From Methanomethylovorans hollandica DSM 15978 (GTDB lineage Archaea > Halobacteriota > Methanosarcinia > Methanosarcinales > Methanosarcinaceae): a DNA stretch of 64,000 nucleotides. The notes beneath the pieces were generated by a model that was given only the letters and a program-made list of their open reading frames with translations, ran no database searches and was not told the origin of the DNA. Made by a program: the position numbers and the translations under genes. The stretch lies in assembly GCF_000328665.1 (NCBI RefSeq), contig NC_019977.1:1790011-1854010 (forward strand), in the 5' to 3' direction. This document shows, one piece after another, positions 1 to 10,947 of the stretch (positions within the stretch are counted from its first letter, which is position 1; every line of letters starts with the position of its first letter).

Positions 1-696
1 GCCCATGAGATTAAGTGCAGCACTTATATAAGACTTATAACCTGCTTTTGCTTCATGCCCCAATAAAGGGGAACAGCTCTTTTCAGCTTCAGTACCTTTA
101 CATGCATTCTGAAAAACAGTAAGTTCGCCACTTTGAAAAAGCTCGGGAAAACCACTGAGATAGGAAATTCTCCGCCCATTTCCTGTTATTACAATAGGTA
201 TATTGAAAGCCTTAAGAGGAAAATAACTTACTAATCCTATACCTCGCATGCAGGGAATACATACATGACCACAACTCATAATGAAATGTTTATAGAGTTC
301 AAGCATTGTTTTCGGATTTATGGCATAATATATATGATCTGCTTTTGTGGCATTTAGTGCATTTTTTATGTTCAGTCTTGCATAGTCTGATAAAAAACCA
401 TTGTCAAAAGTGATACACAGGCATTTAAGATTGTAGATCTTATCACAAACATAAAGTGCATATGTGCTGTCCTTACCTCCACTCAGGGGGACAAGGCAAT
501 CGTATTCAGAATTGAGTTTCTTTATCTTTTCAACAATTTGTTCGAATTGTTTTTTCTTAAATTCTTTTTTAATATCCCAATCACCAAATGATCGGTCAAA
601 ATTGTTACAGTAATTACATACACCCCTCTCATCAAGCTTTACGCTTGGCAAACTGGCCGGCAGGATGCATCGGGAACATCTTAAGATCTCTTCCAA
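1..696 (-). CDS. PP-loop ATPase, N-acetyl-sugar amidotransferase-like (runs off the left edge)
   Basis: Manual translation from TTG at 696, with GGAGGT upstream: EEILRCSRCILP...GVCNYC...YDCLVPLSGGKDSTYAL...TFDNGF. Confidence 0.75.
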   Translation of the reverse strand, partial: MEEILRCSRCILPASLPSVKLDERGVCNYCNNFDRSFGDWDIKKEFKKKQFEQIVEKIKKLNSEYDCLVPLSGGKDSTYALYVCDKIYNLKCLCITFDNGFLSDYARLNIKNALNATKADHIYYAINPKTMLELYKHFIMSCGHVCIPCMRGIGLVSYFPLKAFNIPIVITGNGRRISYLSGFPELFQSGELTVFQNACKGTEAEKSCSPLLGHEAKAGYKSYISAALNLMG

Positions 697-968
697 TCAG
701 ATACCTCCATGGAAAAAAATTAGTAGAAAAACTATGAACGACTAAGAGAGATATAATTTTCCATATACGATGTACTGGAACTACAATTTTACACAAACAT
801 TATATTCTGAATATTGACCAACCTTAGATATAATGACGGAATAATCCCGGCTCAGATATTACCTCCGAAGATTCAGATTTTTTTATTTTGAATACATAAC
901 CTCAATATCTGCTCCAGCCAACCTATGAGTAAATTTAAAAAGGACATGGAGTCTAAAAAAGTATAACT

Positions 969-2138
969 ATGGAAATAAAAGAACTGGTACATAAGATACA
1001 CTCCTGCGAATGTGAACTTGTGCTTGCTATTACAGGCGGAGGAACTGAGGCAATCGGAGAACTATTGAGATATGGAGGAGGGTCTGCCACTTTACTGGAA
1101 GCGATAGTGCCATACAGCCAGAGTGCACTTGATGCTTTCATTGGCAGGAAGCCAGAAAAATATGCTTCCGCAAGGACCGCGCGGGCAATGGCCATGACCG
1201 CCTTCCAGAAGGCAATAATGCTACAAAGTCCTGAACAAAAAAGATTTGAACATCTTCTGGGTATTGGGGCGACATGTACCCTGGCAAGAAACGGTGAACG
1301 GAAAGAAAGACAGCATGAACTGCATGTGGCAGTACAGTCACTTCAGAATACAACCTCCTATAGCATCTTGTTCTTAGAAAAAAGAGATCGTGAGCATGAA
1401 GAGGCCATAGTGTCCAGGTCGATCATTAACATGATAGCTATATCGTGCCACCAGGATGTCGTAATAACAGACGGGACAGGATTATCTTCTCAGGAAAGAC
1501 CACAAATAAAGCAGGTACAAGCTATTGAGGGGATATCAAACATGCTGTTGCATGAAGCTAACTCATATAATACGCTCCCAAGCTTTGTAAGAATAAGTGG
1601 GCAAGATAGGAATACACATCATTCACACAAAATCATGTTCTCCGGCTCCTTCGATCCTTGCCATAAGAACCATTTGAAAATGGCACGGATAGCGTCCAGA
1701 AAGTATGGTTTACCAGTACATTTTGAGATCTCACTCCTTAATGTAGACAAACCGCCAATAGACTATATCTCACTTGAGGATAGGATATCTTCAATAAAAG
1801 CCCGGTATGAACCTGATTTTATGGGGGACATATTTGTGACAAATGCACCTCTGTTTTCAGAAAAGGCGATCATTTTCCCGGATTCCACTTTTATTGTGGG
1901 CGCCGATACTATGAAGAGACTCTTTGACCCGAAGTATTATCGTCCTGGAGACAACCTCTATTCTCTTCTTGAACATTTCAGGACAAAAGGGATAGATTTT
2001 CTTGTTTTCAGCAGAAAAGGGATACATATTGAGATCCCAGCGGAAATTGAACATATAATAACTATAGTTTCCGAGGATGAATATAGCGACGATGGTATTT
2101 CATCTACACAAATAAGAAAGTTACAACAGAACAAGTAG
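969..2138 (+). CDS. CinA-like N-terminal domain fused to a HIGH-type nucleotidyltransferase (NMNAT-like)
   Basis: N-terminal ITGGG...LLEAIVPYS; C-terminal SGSFDPCHKNH (HxxH), VGADT and ISSTQIR motifs. Confidence 0.7.
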   Translation: MEIKELVHKIHSCECELVLAITGGGTEAIGELLRYGGGSATLLEAIVPYSQSALDAFIGRKPEKYASARTARAMAMTAFQKAIMLQSPEQKRFEHLLGIGATCTLARNGERKERQHELHVAVQSLQNTTSYSILFLEKRDREHEEAIVSRSIINMIAISCHQDVVITDGTGLSSQERPQIKQVQAIEGISNMLLHEANSYNTLPSFVRISGQDRNTHHSHKIMFSGSFDPCHKNHLKMARIASRKYGLPVHFEISLLNVDKPPIDYISLEDRISSIKARYEPDFMGDIFVTNAPLFSEKAIIFPDSTFIVGADTMKRLFDPKYYRPGDNLYSLLEHFRTKGIDFLVFSRKGIHIEIPAEIEHIITIVSEDEYSDDGISSTQIRKLQQNK

Positions 2139-2154
2139 TGCTGATGAAAAGACA

Positions 2155-2580
2155 CTATTTAGGCGGGTCTCTTTCTGTTTCAGCGTATAATTTGGGGTGT
2201 CCCTTTTCTTTATGCACCTTGATAATATCGTTGCTAAGCCCGATGGCAAGCTTTTGCAATATTATCTGAGCCTGAAGTATCTTTTCAGAGTTGAGTTGAT
2301 CCCATTGTTCTGATGATATACAGTCCATTACAGACTTAAAGTAATCAAGCTCCTCTTTTTGAACACAGGAATGCACGCTCATGCAGGAACAATACTTTTT
2401 TTGTAAACGATCAAACATTTCCTCAAGCTTACTGCCAGTTAACACATGGCAGAACTCGTGACATACAGGAGACACTTTTGAATCTATAAAATGCACTTCT
2501 GCCAGGAAAAGGAAAAGTTCACATTCGTACATCCAGTCACGTATCTCATATAGATGAAACATATTCAGATATAATTGCAA
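2155..2580 (-). CDS. hypothetical protein (start uncertain)
   Basis: 141-aa ORF filling the gap; no recognisable motif. Confidence 0.5.
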   Translation of the reverse strand: MQLYLNMFHLYEIRDWMYECELFLFLAEVHFIDSKVSPVCHEFCHVLTGSKLEEMFDRLQKKYCSCMSVHSCVQKEELDYFKSVMDCISSEQWDQLNSEKILQAQIILQKLAIGLSNDIIKVHKEKGHPKLYAETERDPPK

Positions 2581-2723
2581 ACTGAAAAGTATAAAAATTT
2601 TATGGTTGCTTTAAAGATACTCTATGAATAATAGGAATAATATGAATCATTTGTATATCACTTTGTTTATTTCCCCTAACTAAACTGCAAATAAACAACA
2701 TGATGGAGCATAACATATTCTAG

Positions 2724-2751
2724 AAAAAAAGAGCTGAGTTATTCTCAGCTC
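2724..2751 (-). terminator. hairpin plus T-tract after the large surface protein gene
   Basis: GAGCTGAG-TTATT-CTCAGCTC preceded by A7 on the + strand. Confidence 0.6.
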
Positions 2752-2763
2752 AATACAGAGTAT

Positions 2764-5700
2764 TCAAACACGTGTCACAACTAATTTCGGTCTCTGATCA
2801 GTATTGGACCACTCAGAACTGTAGAAAGCAATGTAATTACCGCTCTCGGTTCTTGCCTTGAGGAAGAAACCAGTGTTCTCATAAGTACCCCGTATGTATT
2901 CCTGCACAAGTTGTGTGACATCAAAGTCATAGTACTTGTTGTCAGGCACAGTACTTGCCCGGAAAGTTACCGAAGCATATGGAACATTACCCTGTGCATT
3001 ACCATTCTTATCGAACCAGTCTCCTCCAGCTGTAGTCCAAGGAACACCGGACATACTAGTATTCCATGTCACATACTTTGGATCCCACTTTACTGGCCTG
3101 TAAACTTCAACCACAGTATCAGAAGTGCGGGTAGCACCGGCTGGATAGTACCAGTACAGCGACAAGGTTGCCTGAGATATCGTATCCTTTGGATCATAAC
3201 CGCTTAGATCGAACAATATAACATCTCTGTAACTGCTTGTGCTTAGCTTTCCAATATCGAGATAGATGCTAGTGGAATAGACTCTATCCGGAGATATCTG
3301 ACGCAATCTGTTATCATAAGCAGCTGTGTATGAAACAGAACTTCCTGTTGTGGTTGTAGGTTCATTCACAACAACTTCCAGTGTGTCTGAATCGGTCTGT
3401 CCGATGGTATCTGTGACTATAAGAGTCACAGTGTAAGTTCCTGCTGTTGCATATGTATGAGCCGGTGAGACACCGCTGAATTCAGCTGTGCCATCACCAA
3501 AGTCCCATGAATATGAGACTATACCGATGTCATCAGTGGAACCACTGCCACCGAAAGTTACAGCTACACCCGTTGTAGCAGTCTTGTCAGCTCCTGCATC
3601 TGCAACTGGTGGATTATCTACAGGACCAACAGGTTCACTCACAACAACTTCCAGTGTGTCTGAATCGGTCTGTCCGATGGTATCTGTAACTGTAAGGGTC
3701 ACAGTGTAAGTTCCTGCTGTTACATATGTATGAATTGGTGAGACACCGCCAGATTCAGCTGTGCCATCACCAAAGCTCCAAGTGTAGGAAACTATACCGA
3801 TGTCATCAGTAGAATTACTACCATCAAAAGTTACAGCTACATCCTTAGTAGCAGTCAGATCAGCACCGGCATCTGCAACCGGTAGGTTATCTACTACAGG
3901 CGGTGTGATCGGAGCTGAAAGCGGTGGTGCGATCGGAGCTGAAACTGGTGGTGCGATTGGAACTGAAGCACCAATGAGACACACTTTCAATTGTGGTCTC
4001 TGATCAGCATTGGACCACTCAGAGCTGTAGAAGGCAATGTAATTACCGCTCTCGGTTCTTGCCTTGAGGAAGAAACCAGTATTCTCATACATACCACTTA
4101 CATATTCCTGCACGAGCTGTGTGACATCAAAGTCATAGTACTTATTGTCAGGCACAGTACTTGCCCGGAAAGTTACCGAAGCATACGGAACATTACCCTG
4201 TGCATTACCATTCTTATCGAACCAGTCTCCTCCTGCTGTAGTCCAAGGAACACCGGACATACGAGTATTCCATGTCACATACTTTGGATCCCACTTTACT
4301 GGCCTGTAAACTTCAACTACAGTATCAGAAGTGCGGGTAGCGCCTGCTGGATAGTACCAGTACAGCGACAGCGTTGCCTGGGATATCGTATCAGTGGGCT
4401 TATAACCACTCAGATCGAACAATATCGCATCTCTGTAACTGCTTGTGCTTCTTCCAATATCGATATAGTTATTTGTGGAATAAACTATATCCGGAGATCT
4501 CTGAAGCAATCTATTGTCATAGACTGGAGCGTGTGAAACACAATCTGTTGTGGTTGTAGTGGCTGTTGAGTCACTCACAACAACTTCCAGTGTATCTGAA
4601 CCTGTCTGCCCGATGGTATCTGTAACTGTAAGGGTCACAGTGTAAGTTCCTGCTGTTGTATATGTATGAACTGGTGAGACACCGCTAGCTACAGTTGTAG
4701 TATCACCAAAGTCCCACGAATATGAGACTATACTGTTGTCATCAGTGGAACCACTGCCATCAAAAGTTACAGCTACATCCTTAGTAGCATCCTTATCAGC
4801 ACCAGCATCTGCAACTGGTAGATTATCTACTACAGGCGGTGCCAACGGAGCTGAAAGCGGTGGTGCGATCGGAGCTGAACCAGCATTGAGATCTACAGTC
4901 AACTTAGGCCTCTGATCAGCATTGGACCACTCAGAACTGTAGAAGGCAATGTAATTACCACTCTCAGTTCTTGCCTTGAGGAAGAAACCAGTGTTCTCAT
5001 ACGTACCTCTTATGTATTCCTGCACAAGCTGTGTGACATCAAAGTCATGGTATTGATTATCAGGCACAGTGCTCGCCGGGAAAGTTACTGAAGCATATGG
5101 TGTGCTGCCTTGTGATACACCATTTTTATCGAACCACGCCCCACCTACCGGGTTCCACGCAGTACGATACAGACGATAGTACCAAGTCACATGCTTTGGA
5201 TCCCATCTCTGTGGCCTGTATATCTCCACTACCGTATCAGAAGTACGTGTCTGACCTGCTGGATAATACCAGAAGAGAGATAGTGTTGCCTTCGATATTG
5301 TATCATCTTTATTGTACATACTAAGATCAAACAACATCACATCCCTGCTACGAGCCTTGCTCTTCCCTACAGCAAGGTAGGATGTATCAGAAAAAACAAC
5401 ACAAGATGATGACTCACTCAATATATTGTCATATTGAGCGCCTTGAGAGATTGGGCCATAGTAGTGTGCATCATCACTATCAGTGTACTTTGTATCGCCG
5501 TAGTAGCCTTCAACATCAGCAGTGTTTACCTGCTGACCGGAAACCCAGGCAAGATCATACTTAGCTTCGGTAGAAGCTCCAACACCAAGAGTGGTTGTGG
5601 GCAGAGTTACCGGACCATACTTAGTATCGGTTACAACAATGTTAGTAAGTTCAACGTTACCCATGTTAGTAACTATGATCTTAAACTGAACGGGACCCGA

Positions 5701-8700
5701 CGATAGAGAAGGACCTGTTATGGTATCAGCATCCTCCCAGCCAGTACCGTTCCATACGTACTTTTCAATATCAATAGCACCGCTGGCACCATAGTAATGG
5801 GCATCATCAGTGTCATTGTACTTTGTATCGCCGTAGTAACCTTCAACATCAGCAGTGTTGTTCTGCTGACCGGAAACCCAGGCAAGATCATATTCAGCTT
5901 CGGTAGAAGCTCCAACACCAAGAGAGGTAGTTGTCAGAGTGACTGGACCGTACTTGGTATCGGTTACAACAATGTTAGTAAGTTCAACGTTACCCATGTT
6001 AGTAACTATGATCTTGAACTGAACGGGATCAAATGTGGAAGCAAGATAAGGACCAGTTACTGTGTCAGCATCTTCCCAACCAGTACCGTTCCATACGTAC
6101 TTCTCGATGTCAATTTCACCACTGGAACCGAAGTAGTGACTCGGATCTTCATCGGTTACCGGAGCTTCATTGTAATAGCCTGTAACATTACCGATGTTAG
6201 CATACTGACCTTCAGTTGCAGTACCGGTAGCAGTATACGTCCAGACCTCTCCAGGTTGCAGGATACCATCATTATTGGTATCACCATCAACAAGGTTGCT
6301 TATAATGCCCAGAATATCGTCCATTACAACAATGTCTGTCAAGTTCACATTACCTGGGTTAGTTACATTGTAAGTCCAGGTAACTTCGGAACCAATGGGG
6401 ATGTAAGGTCCGGTTGGACTGTCAGCGTCTTCACCATTGGTGTACTTTTCAATATCAACTGAAGAGTTAGCACCATAGTAATGGCTTGGATCTTCATCGG
6501 TTACCGGAGCTTCATTGTAATAGCCTGTAACATTACCGATGTTAGCATACTGACCTTCAGTTGCAGTACCGGTAGCAGTATACGTCCAGACCTCTCCAGG
6601 TTGCAGGATACCATCATTATTGGTATCACCATCAACAAGGTTGCTTATAATGCCCAGAATATCGTCCATTACAACAATGTCTGTCAGGTTCACATTACCT
6701 GGGTTAGTTACATTGTAAGTCCAGGTAACTTCGGAACCAATGGGGATGTAAGGTCCGGTTGGACTGTCAGCGTCTTCACCATTGGTGTACTTTTCAATAT
6801 CAACTGAAGAGTTAGCACCATAGTAATGGCTTGGATCTTCATCGGTTACCGGAGCTTCATTGTAATAGCCTGTAACATTACCGATGTTAGCATACTGACC
6901 TTCAGTTGCAGTACCGGTAGCAGTATACGTCCAGACCTCTCCAGGTTGCAGGATACCATCATTATTGGTATCACCATCAACAAGGTTGGTTATAATGCCC
7001 AGAATATCGTCCATTACAACAATGTCTGTCAGGTCCACATTACCTGGGTTAGTTACATTGTAAGCCCAGGTAACTTCGGAACCAATGGGGATGAAAGGTC
7101 CGGTTGGACTGTCAGCGTCTTCACCATTGGTGTACTTTTCAATATCAACTGAAGAGTTAGCACCATAGTAATGACTTGGATCTTCATCTGTGACTGGGGT
7201 ACCGCTGTAATCTGCACTAACATTACCGATATTAGCATACTGACCTTCAGTTGCAGTACCGGTAGCAGTATAAGTCCAGACCTCTCCAGGTTGCAGGATA
7301 CCATCATTATTGGTATCACCATCAACAAGGTTGGTTATAATACCCAGAATATCGTCCATTACAACAATGTCTGTCAGGTTCACATTACCTGGGTTAGTTA
7401 CATTGTAAGTCCAGGTAACTTCGGAACCAATGGGGATGAAAGGTCCGGTTGGACTGTCAGCGTCTTCACCATTGGTGTACTTTTCAATATCAACTGAAGA
7501 GTTAGCACCATAGTAATGACTTGGATCTTCATCTGTGACTGGGGTACCGCTGTAATCTGCACTAACATTACCGATATTAGCATACTGACCTTCAGTTGCA
7601 GTACCGGTAGCAGTATAAGTCCAGACCTCTCCAGGTTGCAGGATACCATCATTATTGGTATCACCATCAACAAGGTTGGTTATAATGCCCAGAATATCGT
7701 CCATTACAACAATGTCTGTCAGGTTCACATTACCTGGGTTAGTTACATTGTAAGTCCAGGTAACTTCGGAACCAATGGGGATGAAAGGTCCGGTTGGACT
7801 GTCAGCGTCTTCACCATTGGTGTACTTTTCAATATCAACTGAAGAGTTAGCACCATAGTAATGACTTGGATCTTCATCGGTTACCGGAGCTTCATTGTAA
7901 TAGCCTGTAACATTACCGATGTTAGCATACTGACCTTCAGTTGCAGTACCGGTAGCAGTATACGTCCAGACCTCTCCAGGTTGCAGGATACCATCATTAT
8001 TGGTATCACCATCAACAAGGTTGCTTATAATGCCCAGAATATCGTCCATTACAACAATGTCTGTCAGGTTCACATTACCTGAGTTAGTTACATTGTAAGT
8101 CCAGGTAACTTCGGAACCAATGGGGATGAAAGGTCCGGTTGGACTGTCAGCGTCTTCACCATTGGTGTACTTTTCAATATCAACTGAAGAGTTAGCACCA
8201 TAGTAATGACTTGGATCTTCATCTGTGACTGGGGTACCGCTGTAATCTGCACTAACATTACCGATGTTAGCATACTGACCTTCAGTTGCAGTACCGGTAG
8301 CAGTATAAGTCCAGACCTCTCCAGGTTCAAGGATGTTGTTACCATTATCACCACTGATACGAACTGGAATTACACCCATGTTATCAGCTACAACAACATT
8401 CGTCAGATTCACAGTACCATTGTTGGTAACGTTATAAGTCCACGTTACAGTGGATCCTACAGGAATGAACGGGCCAGTTGCGTTATCAGCATCTTCTCCA
8501 TTAGTATATTTCTCAATATCTACTTCTGGAATAAGCTGGAAGAGACCAGCGTCCAGCATGCTGTTGTTCTCACCTGCAGCTAGCGTTATCGAGCTAGTTC
8601 TACCTGTGAGCAGGTCAGCATCGCTGTCCACCGCGTCATCTTGGCCCTTATCCTTAAGCGTGAAGTCATAGCCTGTCGGTTTTATGAACTCCACAATGTA

Positions 8701-10947
8701 ACTACCAGGAAGCAGGCCGAGGAACTGGTAGAAGCCTGTAGCATTTGTTTTGATGGTTACGGGATTGCTGAAAACATCGAGCATTGGATTACCACTGCCA
8801 TCCAGCAGATTTACTGTTACATTTGCAACACCCAGCTCACCTACGTCCTGAATACCATTGCCGTTAACATCCAACCACACATAGTCACCGAGGCGACCGT
8901 AAATTGGTGTCCTGGCCTCAAAAGGTATGGTGATACCGACAGCAGTTGCGCTTCCAGTATTCACGATCTCTGTAATACCGGGAGTCAGGTCTACAAAATC
9001 CTTGATGATAGCCTTGAAGGTGACTGTATATGAGCCACCAACTGGAAGTGCAACATTATCATCGAGGATAACGCCCCCTTCGTCCAGCGGGAAAGCAGTT
9101 GTACCACTGTCAGGAATTGGACTTGTTGTTGTTGGGATGGTGGGAGCTTCTTTAGTCAAGTTGGTGCTATCCTCAACATAGATAGCATCTACAGGGAATG
9201 CGTCCTGCAACAACACATCCGGTACAGGAGCACGAGCAATGTTATTAATGACAATTGTATAGAGTAACACATCCCCGGGGCTGACATAGCCGTCATTGTC
9301 CCTGTCTTCATATAAGCTGGCAGTTTTACCATCATCAAACAAGGGTAGAGGTGGTATTCCCGTACCCATATCTACTCCTGGCGCTGCGGCACTGGCAGTC
9401 AATGGATCCTCACCCCAGGCTCCCACCAGTTTGGTACCATCCAAAGTGTACAGCAGCATCCCTGTCTGGTCGCGGTCAATAGTATCATAGACCTTTGCCC
9501 TGTCGAGTTCCGTTAGATCATAATGAACGTTATATTTATTTCCGTTTGGATCAGTTAAGCTTCCCGTTGTTGGATTGGCATCAAAATCAACGTAAACCCT
9601 AACAGGATTATTTCCATTTCCGATAGGTGAAACCCAGACAGGATTTCCATTTTCAGTAGGGTTGGTAGAAGAAGTAGGATCACGTCCGATACCAAGACCT
9701 ATGAGCAACTGAGGTGTCAGGGAACTCTCAGGGACTAGAGCAAAACCCCAATCCCAAATGGAATTGTAGTAATTAGTGCTTGTTCCAGAGTTGCCAGAGT
9801 TAGTAGTGGACAAAGCGTAGAACTTTTGACCACCGGTCGTGTAGAAATGTGCGCCATAATTCACGTTTGTTAGAACTTGCTTGAGATAGCTGTTTGCAGG
9901 AACTGTTAGAGCAACGTTGCTTATAGTACTGGAGGAAGTTCTGGCACGATACTGAACCGTGATAGCAGTGGAAGATGGATTATAAAGCCAGACAGTTGTC
10001 TCTACACCATTGTAAGTCTGAGCACTGGTAGGAGTTGAGACGGGAGTATAGTAACTGGCGGCCCACAGATTAGTAGGCAACAAACGGAAGAAACGACTTT
10101 CGTATCCCACTGAAGTGGCTATATTACCAGTTATAAGGTCTACCTGAACCGGGTTGTTGGAAATTACACGAGCTCCCACGGAAAGACCATTGTTCACCAG
10201 ATAGCTCTGTCCTTCTGTAAGAGGAACAGTTGTTTCAAATACAGTATCTGCATTAGCATCAATTTGGACTGTTGCGCCACCTTTGCCGGCCATGATCGCC
10301 ATACCAGTGTACTGGAACATCTGAAAATCTGTGCCATCGGGAATGTTCGTACCTACCGGAACACGGAATTCCGTACCCCAGTTATCAGTATCGTACACTT
10401 CATTGGCATCGGCCATGAGAGTATTTGGCCCTGTAGCCCAGCCTGCACGGACCACAGAGATAGTCTTGGTGGCTGCTATCTTATCCCTGCCGCCAAATTT
10501 GATGACCGTTAGAGGATCGGTGGTAGTAACAGGATTATTTAAGACGATTACCGTTCCCCCATTGATTATATCACTGGGCACCCCCGGAGGGACTCCATTT
10601 GAAGTGTCACCATCTCCCCATATCTGCGTACCGTCAAGATTAGAACTTGAATATACATCAAGAGGGTTGCCAATATCGGGTTCATATCCATTCTCATACT
10701 GATCATAATAAATTATAGTATTATTGGCAATCGCAGAAATAGAAATGTAACTTTGCATTGGATTGCGAGGAGTTTCACCGAAGCCACCTGCCTGAATTAC
10801 CTGTAGAGCTTGTAGCCACTGGTTTTCAGGAACCGGTACATAGAAGAACTGCACAGGCGGCGGATTAATGGCTGCACTTATCATAGGCATACAGGCCAAA
10901 ATGGCCACAGTTAGAAATACAGTTAGAACCCTTCTGTCTCTTCTCAT
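2764..10947 (-). CDS. giant secreted/surface protein: DUF11-like and SdrD B-like domains, 9 Ig-like repeats, 3 PKD and 3 DNRLRE (disaggregatase-related) domains
   Basis: Signal peptide; LGDYVWLDVNGNGIQD (SdrD_B); IEKY...GPxI repeats; PVADAG...YSWDFGD (PKD); YDNRL..SP and AFYSSEWS..QRPKL (DNRLRE). ATG 10947 follows AGGGGTG. Confidence 0.85.
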   Translation of the reverse strand: MRRDRRVLTVFLTVAILACMPMISAAINPPPVQFFYVPVPENQWLQALQVIQAGGFGETPRNPMQSYISISAIANNTIIYYDQYENGYEPDIGNPLDVYSSSNLDGTQIWGDGDTSNGVPPGVPSDIINGGTVIVLNNPVTTTDPLTVIKFGGRDKIAATKTISVVRAGWATGPNTLMADANEVYDTDNWGTEFRVPVGTNIPDGTDFQMFQYTGMAIMAGKGGATVQIDANADTVFETTVPLTEGQSYLVNNGLSVGARVISNNPVQVDLITGNIATSVGYESRFFRLLPTNLWAASYYTPVSTPTSAQTYNGVETTVWLYNPSSTAITVQYRARTSSSTISNVALTVPANSYLKQVLTNVNYGAHFYTTGGQKFYALSTTNSGNSGTSTNYYNSIWDWGFALVPESSLTPQLLIGLGIGRDPTSSTNPTENGNPVWVSPIGNGNNPVRVYVDFDANPTTGSLTDPNGNKYNVHYDLTELDRAKVYDTIDRDQTGMLLYTLDGTKLVGAWGEDPLTASAAAPGVDMGTGIPPLPLFDDGKTASLYEDRDNDGYVSPGDVLLYTIVINNIARAPVPDVLLQDAFPVDAIYVEDSTNLTKEAPTIPTTTSPIPDSGTTAFPLDEGGVILDDNVALPVGGSYTVTFKAIIKDFVDLTPGITEIVNTGSATAVGITIPFEARTPIYGRLGDYVWLDVNGNGIQDVGELGVANVTVNLLDGSGNPMLDVFSNPVTIKTNATGFYQFLGLLPGSYIVEFIKPTGYDFTLKDKGQDDAVDSDADLLTGRTSSITLAAGENNSMLDAGLFQLIPEVDIEKYTNGEDADNATGPFIPVGSTVTWTYNVTNNGTVNLTNVVVADNMGVIPVRISGDNGNNILEPGEVWTYTATGTATEGQYANIGNVSADYSGTPVTDEDPSHYYGANSSVDIEKYTNGEDADSPTGPFIPIGSEVTWTYNVTNSGNVNLTDIVVMDDILGIISNLVDGDTNNDGILQPGEVWTYTATGTATEGQYANIGNVTGYYNEAPVTDEDPSHYYGANSSVDIEKYTNGEDADSPTGPFIPIGSEVTWTYNVTNPGNVNLTDIVVMDDILGIITNLVDGDTNNDGILQPGEVWTYTATGTATEGQYANIGNVSADYSGTPVTDEDPSHYYGANSSVDIEKYTNGEDADSPTGPFIPIGSEVTWTYNVTNPGNVNLTDIVVMDDILGIITNLVDGDTNNDGILQPGEVWTYTATGTATEGQYANIGNVSADYSGTPVTDEDPSHYYGANSSVDIEKYTNGEDADSPTGPFIPIGSEVTWAYNVTNPGNVDLTDIVVMDDILGIITNLVDGDTNNDGILQPGEVWTYTATGTATEGQYANIGNVTGYYNEAPVTDEDPSHYYGANSSVDIEKYTNGEDADSPTGPYIPIGSEVTWTYNVTNPGNVNLTDIVVMDDILGIISNLVDGDTNNDGILQPGEVWTYTATGTATEGQYANIGNVTGYYNEAPVTDEDPSHYYGANSSVDIEKYTNGEDADSPTGPYIPIGSEVTWTYNVTNPGNVNLTDIVVMDDILGIISNLVDGDTNNDGILQPGEVWTYTATGTATEGQYANIGNVTGYYNEAPVTDEDPSHYFGSSGEIDIEKYVWNGTGWEDADTVTGPYLASTFDPVQFKIIVTNMGNVELTNIVVTDTKYGPVTLTTTSLGVGASTEAEYDLAWVSGQQNNTADVEGYYGDTKYNDTDDAHYYGASGAIDIEKYVWNGTGWEDADTITGPSLSSGPVQFKIIVTNMGNVELTNIVVTDTKYGPVTLPTTTLGVGASTEAKYDLAWVSGQQVNTADVEGYYGDTKYTDSDDAHYYGPISQGAQYDNILSESSSCVVFSDTSYLAVGKSKARSRDVMLFDLSMYNKDDTISKATLSLFWYYPAGQTRTSDTVVEIYRPQRWDPKHVTWYYRLYRTAWNPVGGAWFDKNGVSQGSTPYASVTFPASTVPDNQYHDFDVTQLVQEYIRGTYENTGFFLKARTESGNYIAFYSSEWSNADQRPKLTVDLNAGSAPIAPPLSAPLAPPVVDNLPVADAGADKDATKDVAVTFDGSGSTDDNSIVSYSWDFGDTTTVASGVSPVHTYTTAGTYTVTLTVTDTIGQTGSDTLEVVVSDSTATTTTTDCVSHAPVYDNRLLQRSPDIVYSTNNYIDIGRSTSSYRDAILFDLSGYKPTDTISQATLSLYWYYPAGATRTSDTVVEVYRPVKWDPKYVTWNTRMSGVPWTTAGGDWFDKNGNAQGNVPYASVTFRASTVPDNKYYDFDVTQLVQEYVSGMYENTGFFLKARTESGNYIAFYSSEWSNADQRPQLKVCLIGASVPIAPPVSAPIAPPLSAPITPPVVDNLPVADAGADLTATKDVAVTFDGSNSTDDIGIVSYTWSFGDGTAESGGVSPIHTYVTAGTYTVTLTVTDTIGQTDSDTLEVVVSEPVGPVDNPPVADAGADKTATTGVAVTFGGSGSTDDIGIVSYSWDFGDGTAEFSGVSPAHTYATAGTYTVTLIVTDTIGQTDSDTLEVVVNEPTTTTGSSVSYTAAYDNRLRQISPDRVYSTSIYLDIGKLSTSSYRDVILFDLSGYDPKDTISQATLSLYWYYPAGATRTSDTVVEVYRPVKWDPKYVTWNTSMSGVPWTTAGGDWFDKNGNAQGNVPYASVTFRASTVPDNKYYDFDVTQLVQEYIRGTYENTGFFLKARTESGNYIAFYSSEWSNTDQRPKLVVTRV
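6110..8520. repeat. intragenic tandem repeat, 345-bp unit (115 aa), about 7 copies, 6 near-identical
   Basis: CAACTGAAGAGTTAGCACCATAG recurs every 345 bp (~6456, 6801, 7146, 7491, 7836, 8181); ends approximate. Confidence 0.95.

Noticed and set aside
6110..8520. Repeat array as CRISPR or a diversity-generating retroelement
   Set aside because: 345-bp in-frame coding units with no spacers; no cas or reverse transcriptase gene in the window
5797..8583. Repeated 108-aa and 91-aa ORFs
   Set aside because: Antisense or alternate-frame shadows of the surface protein repeats
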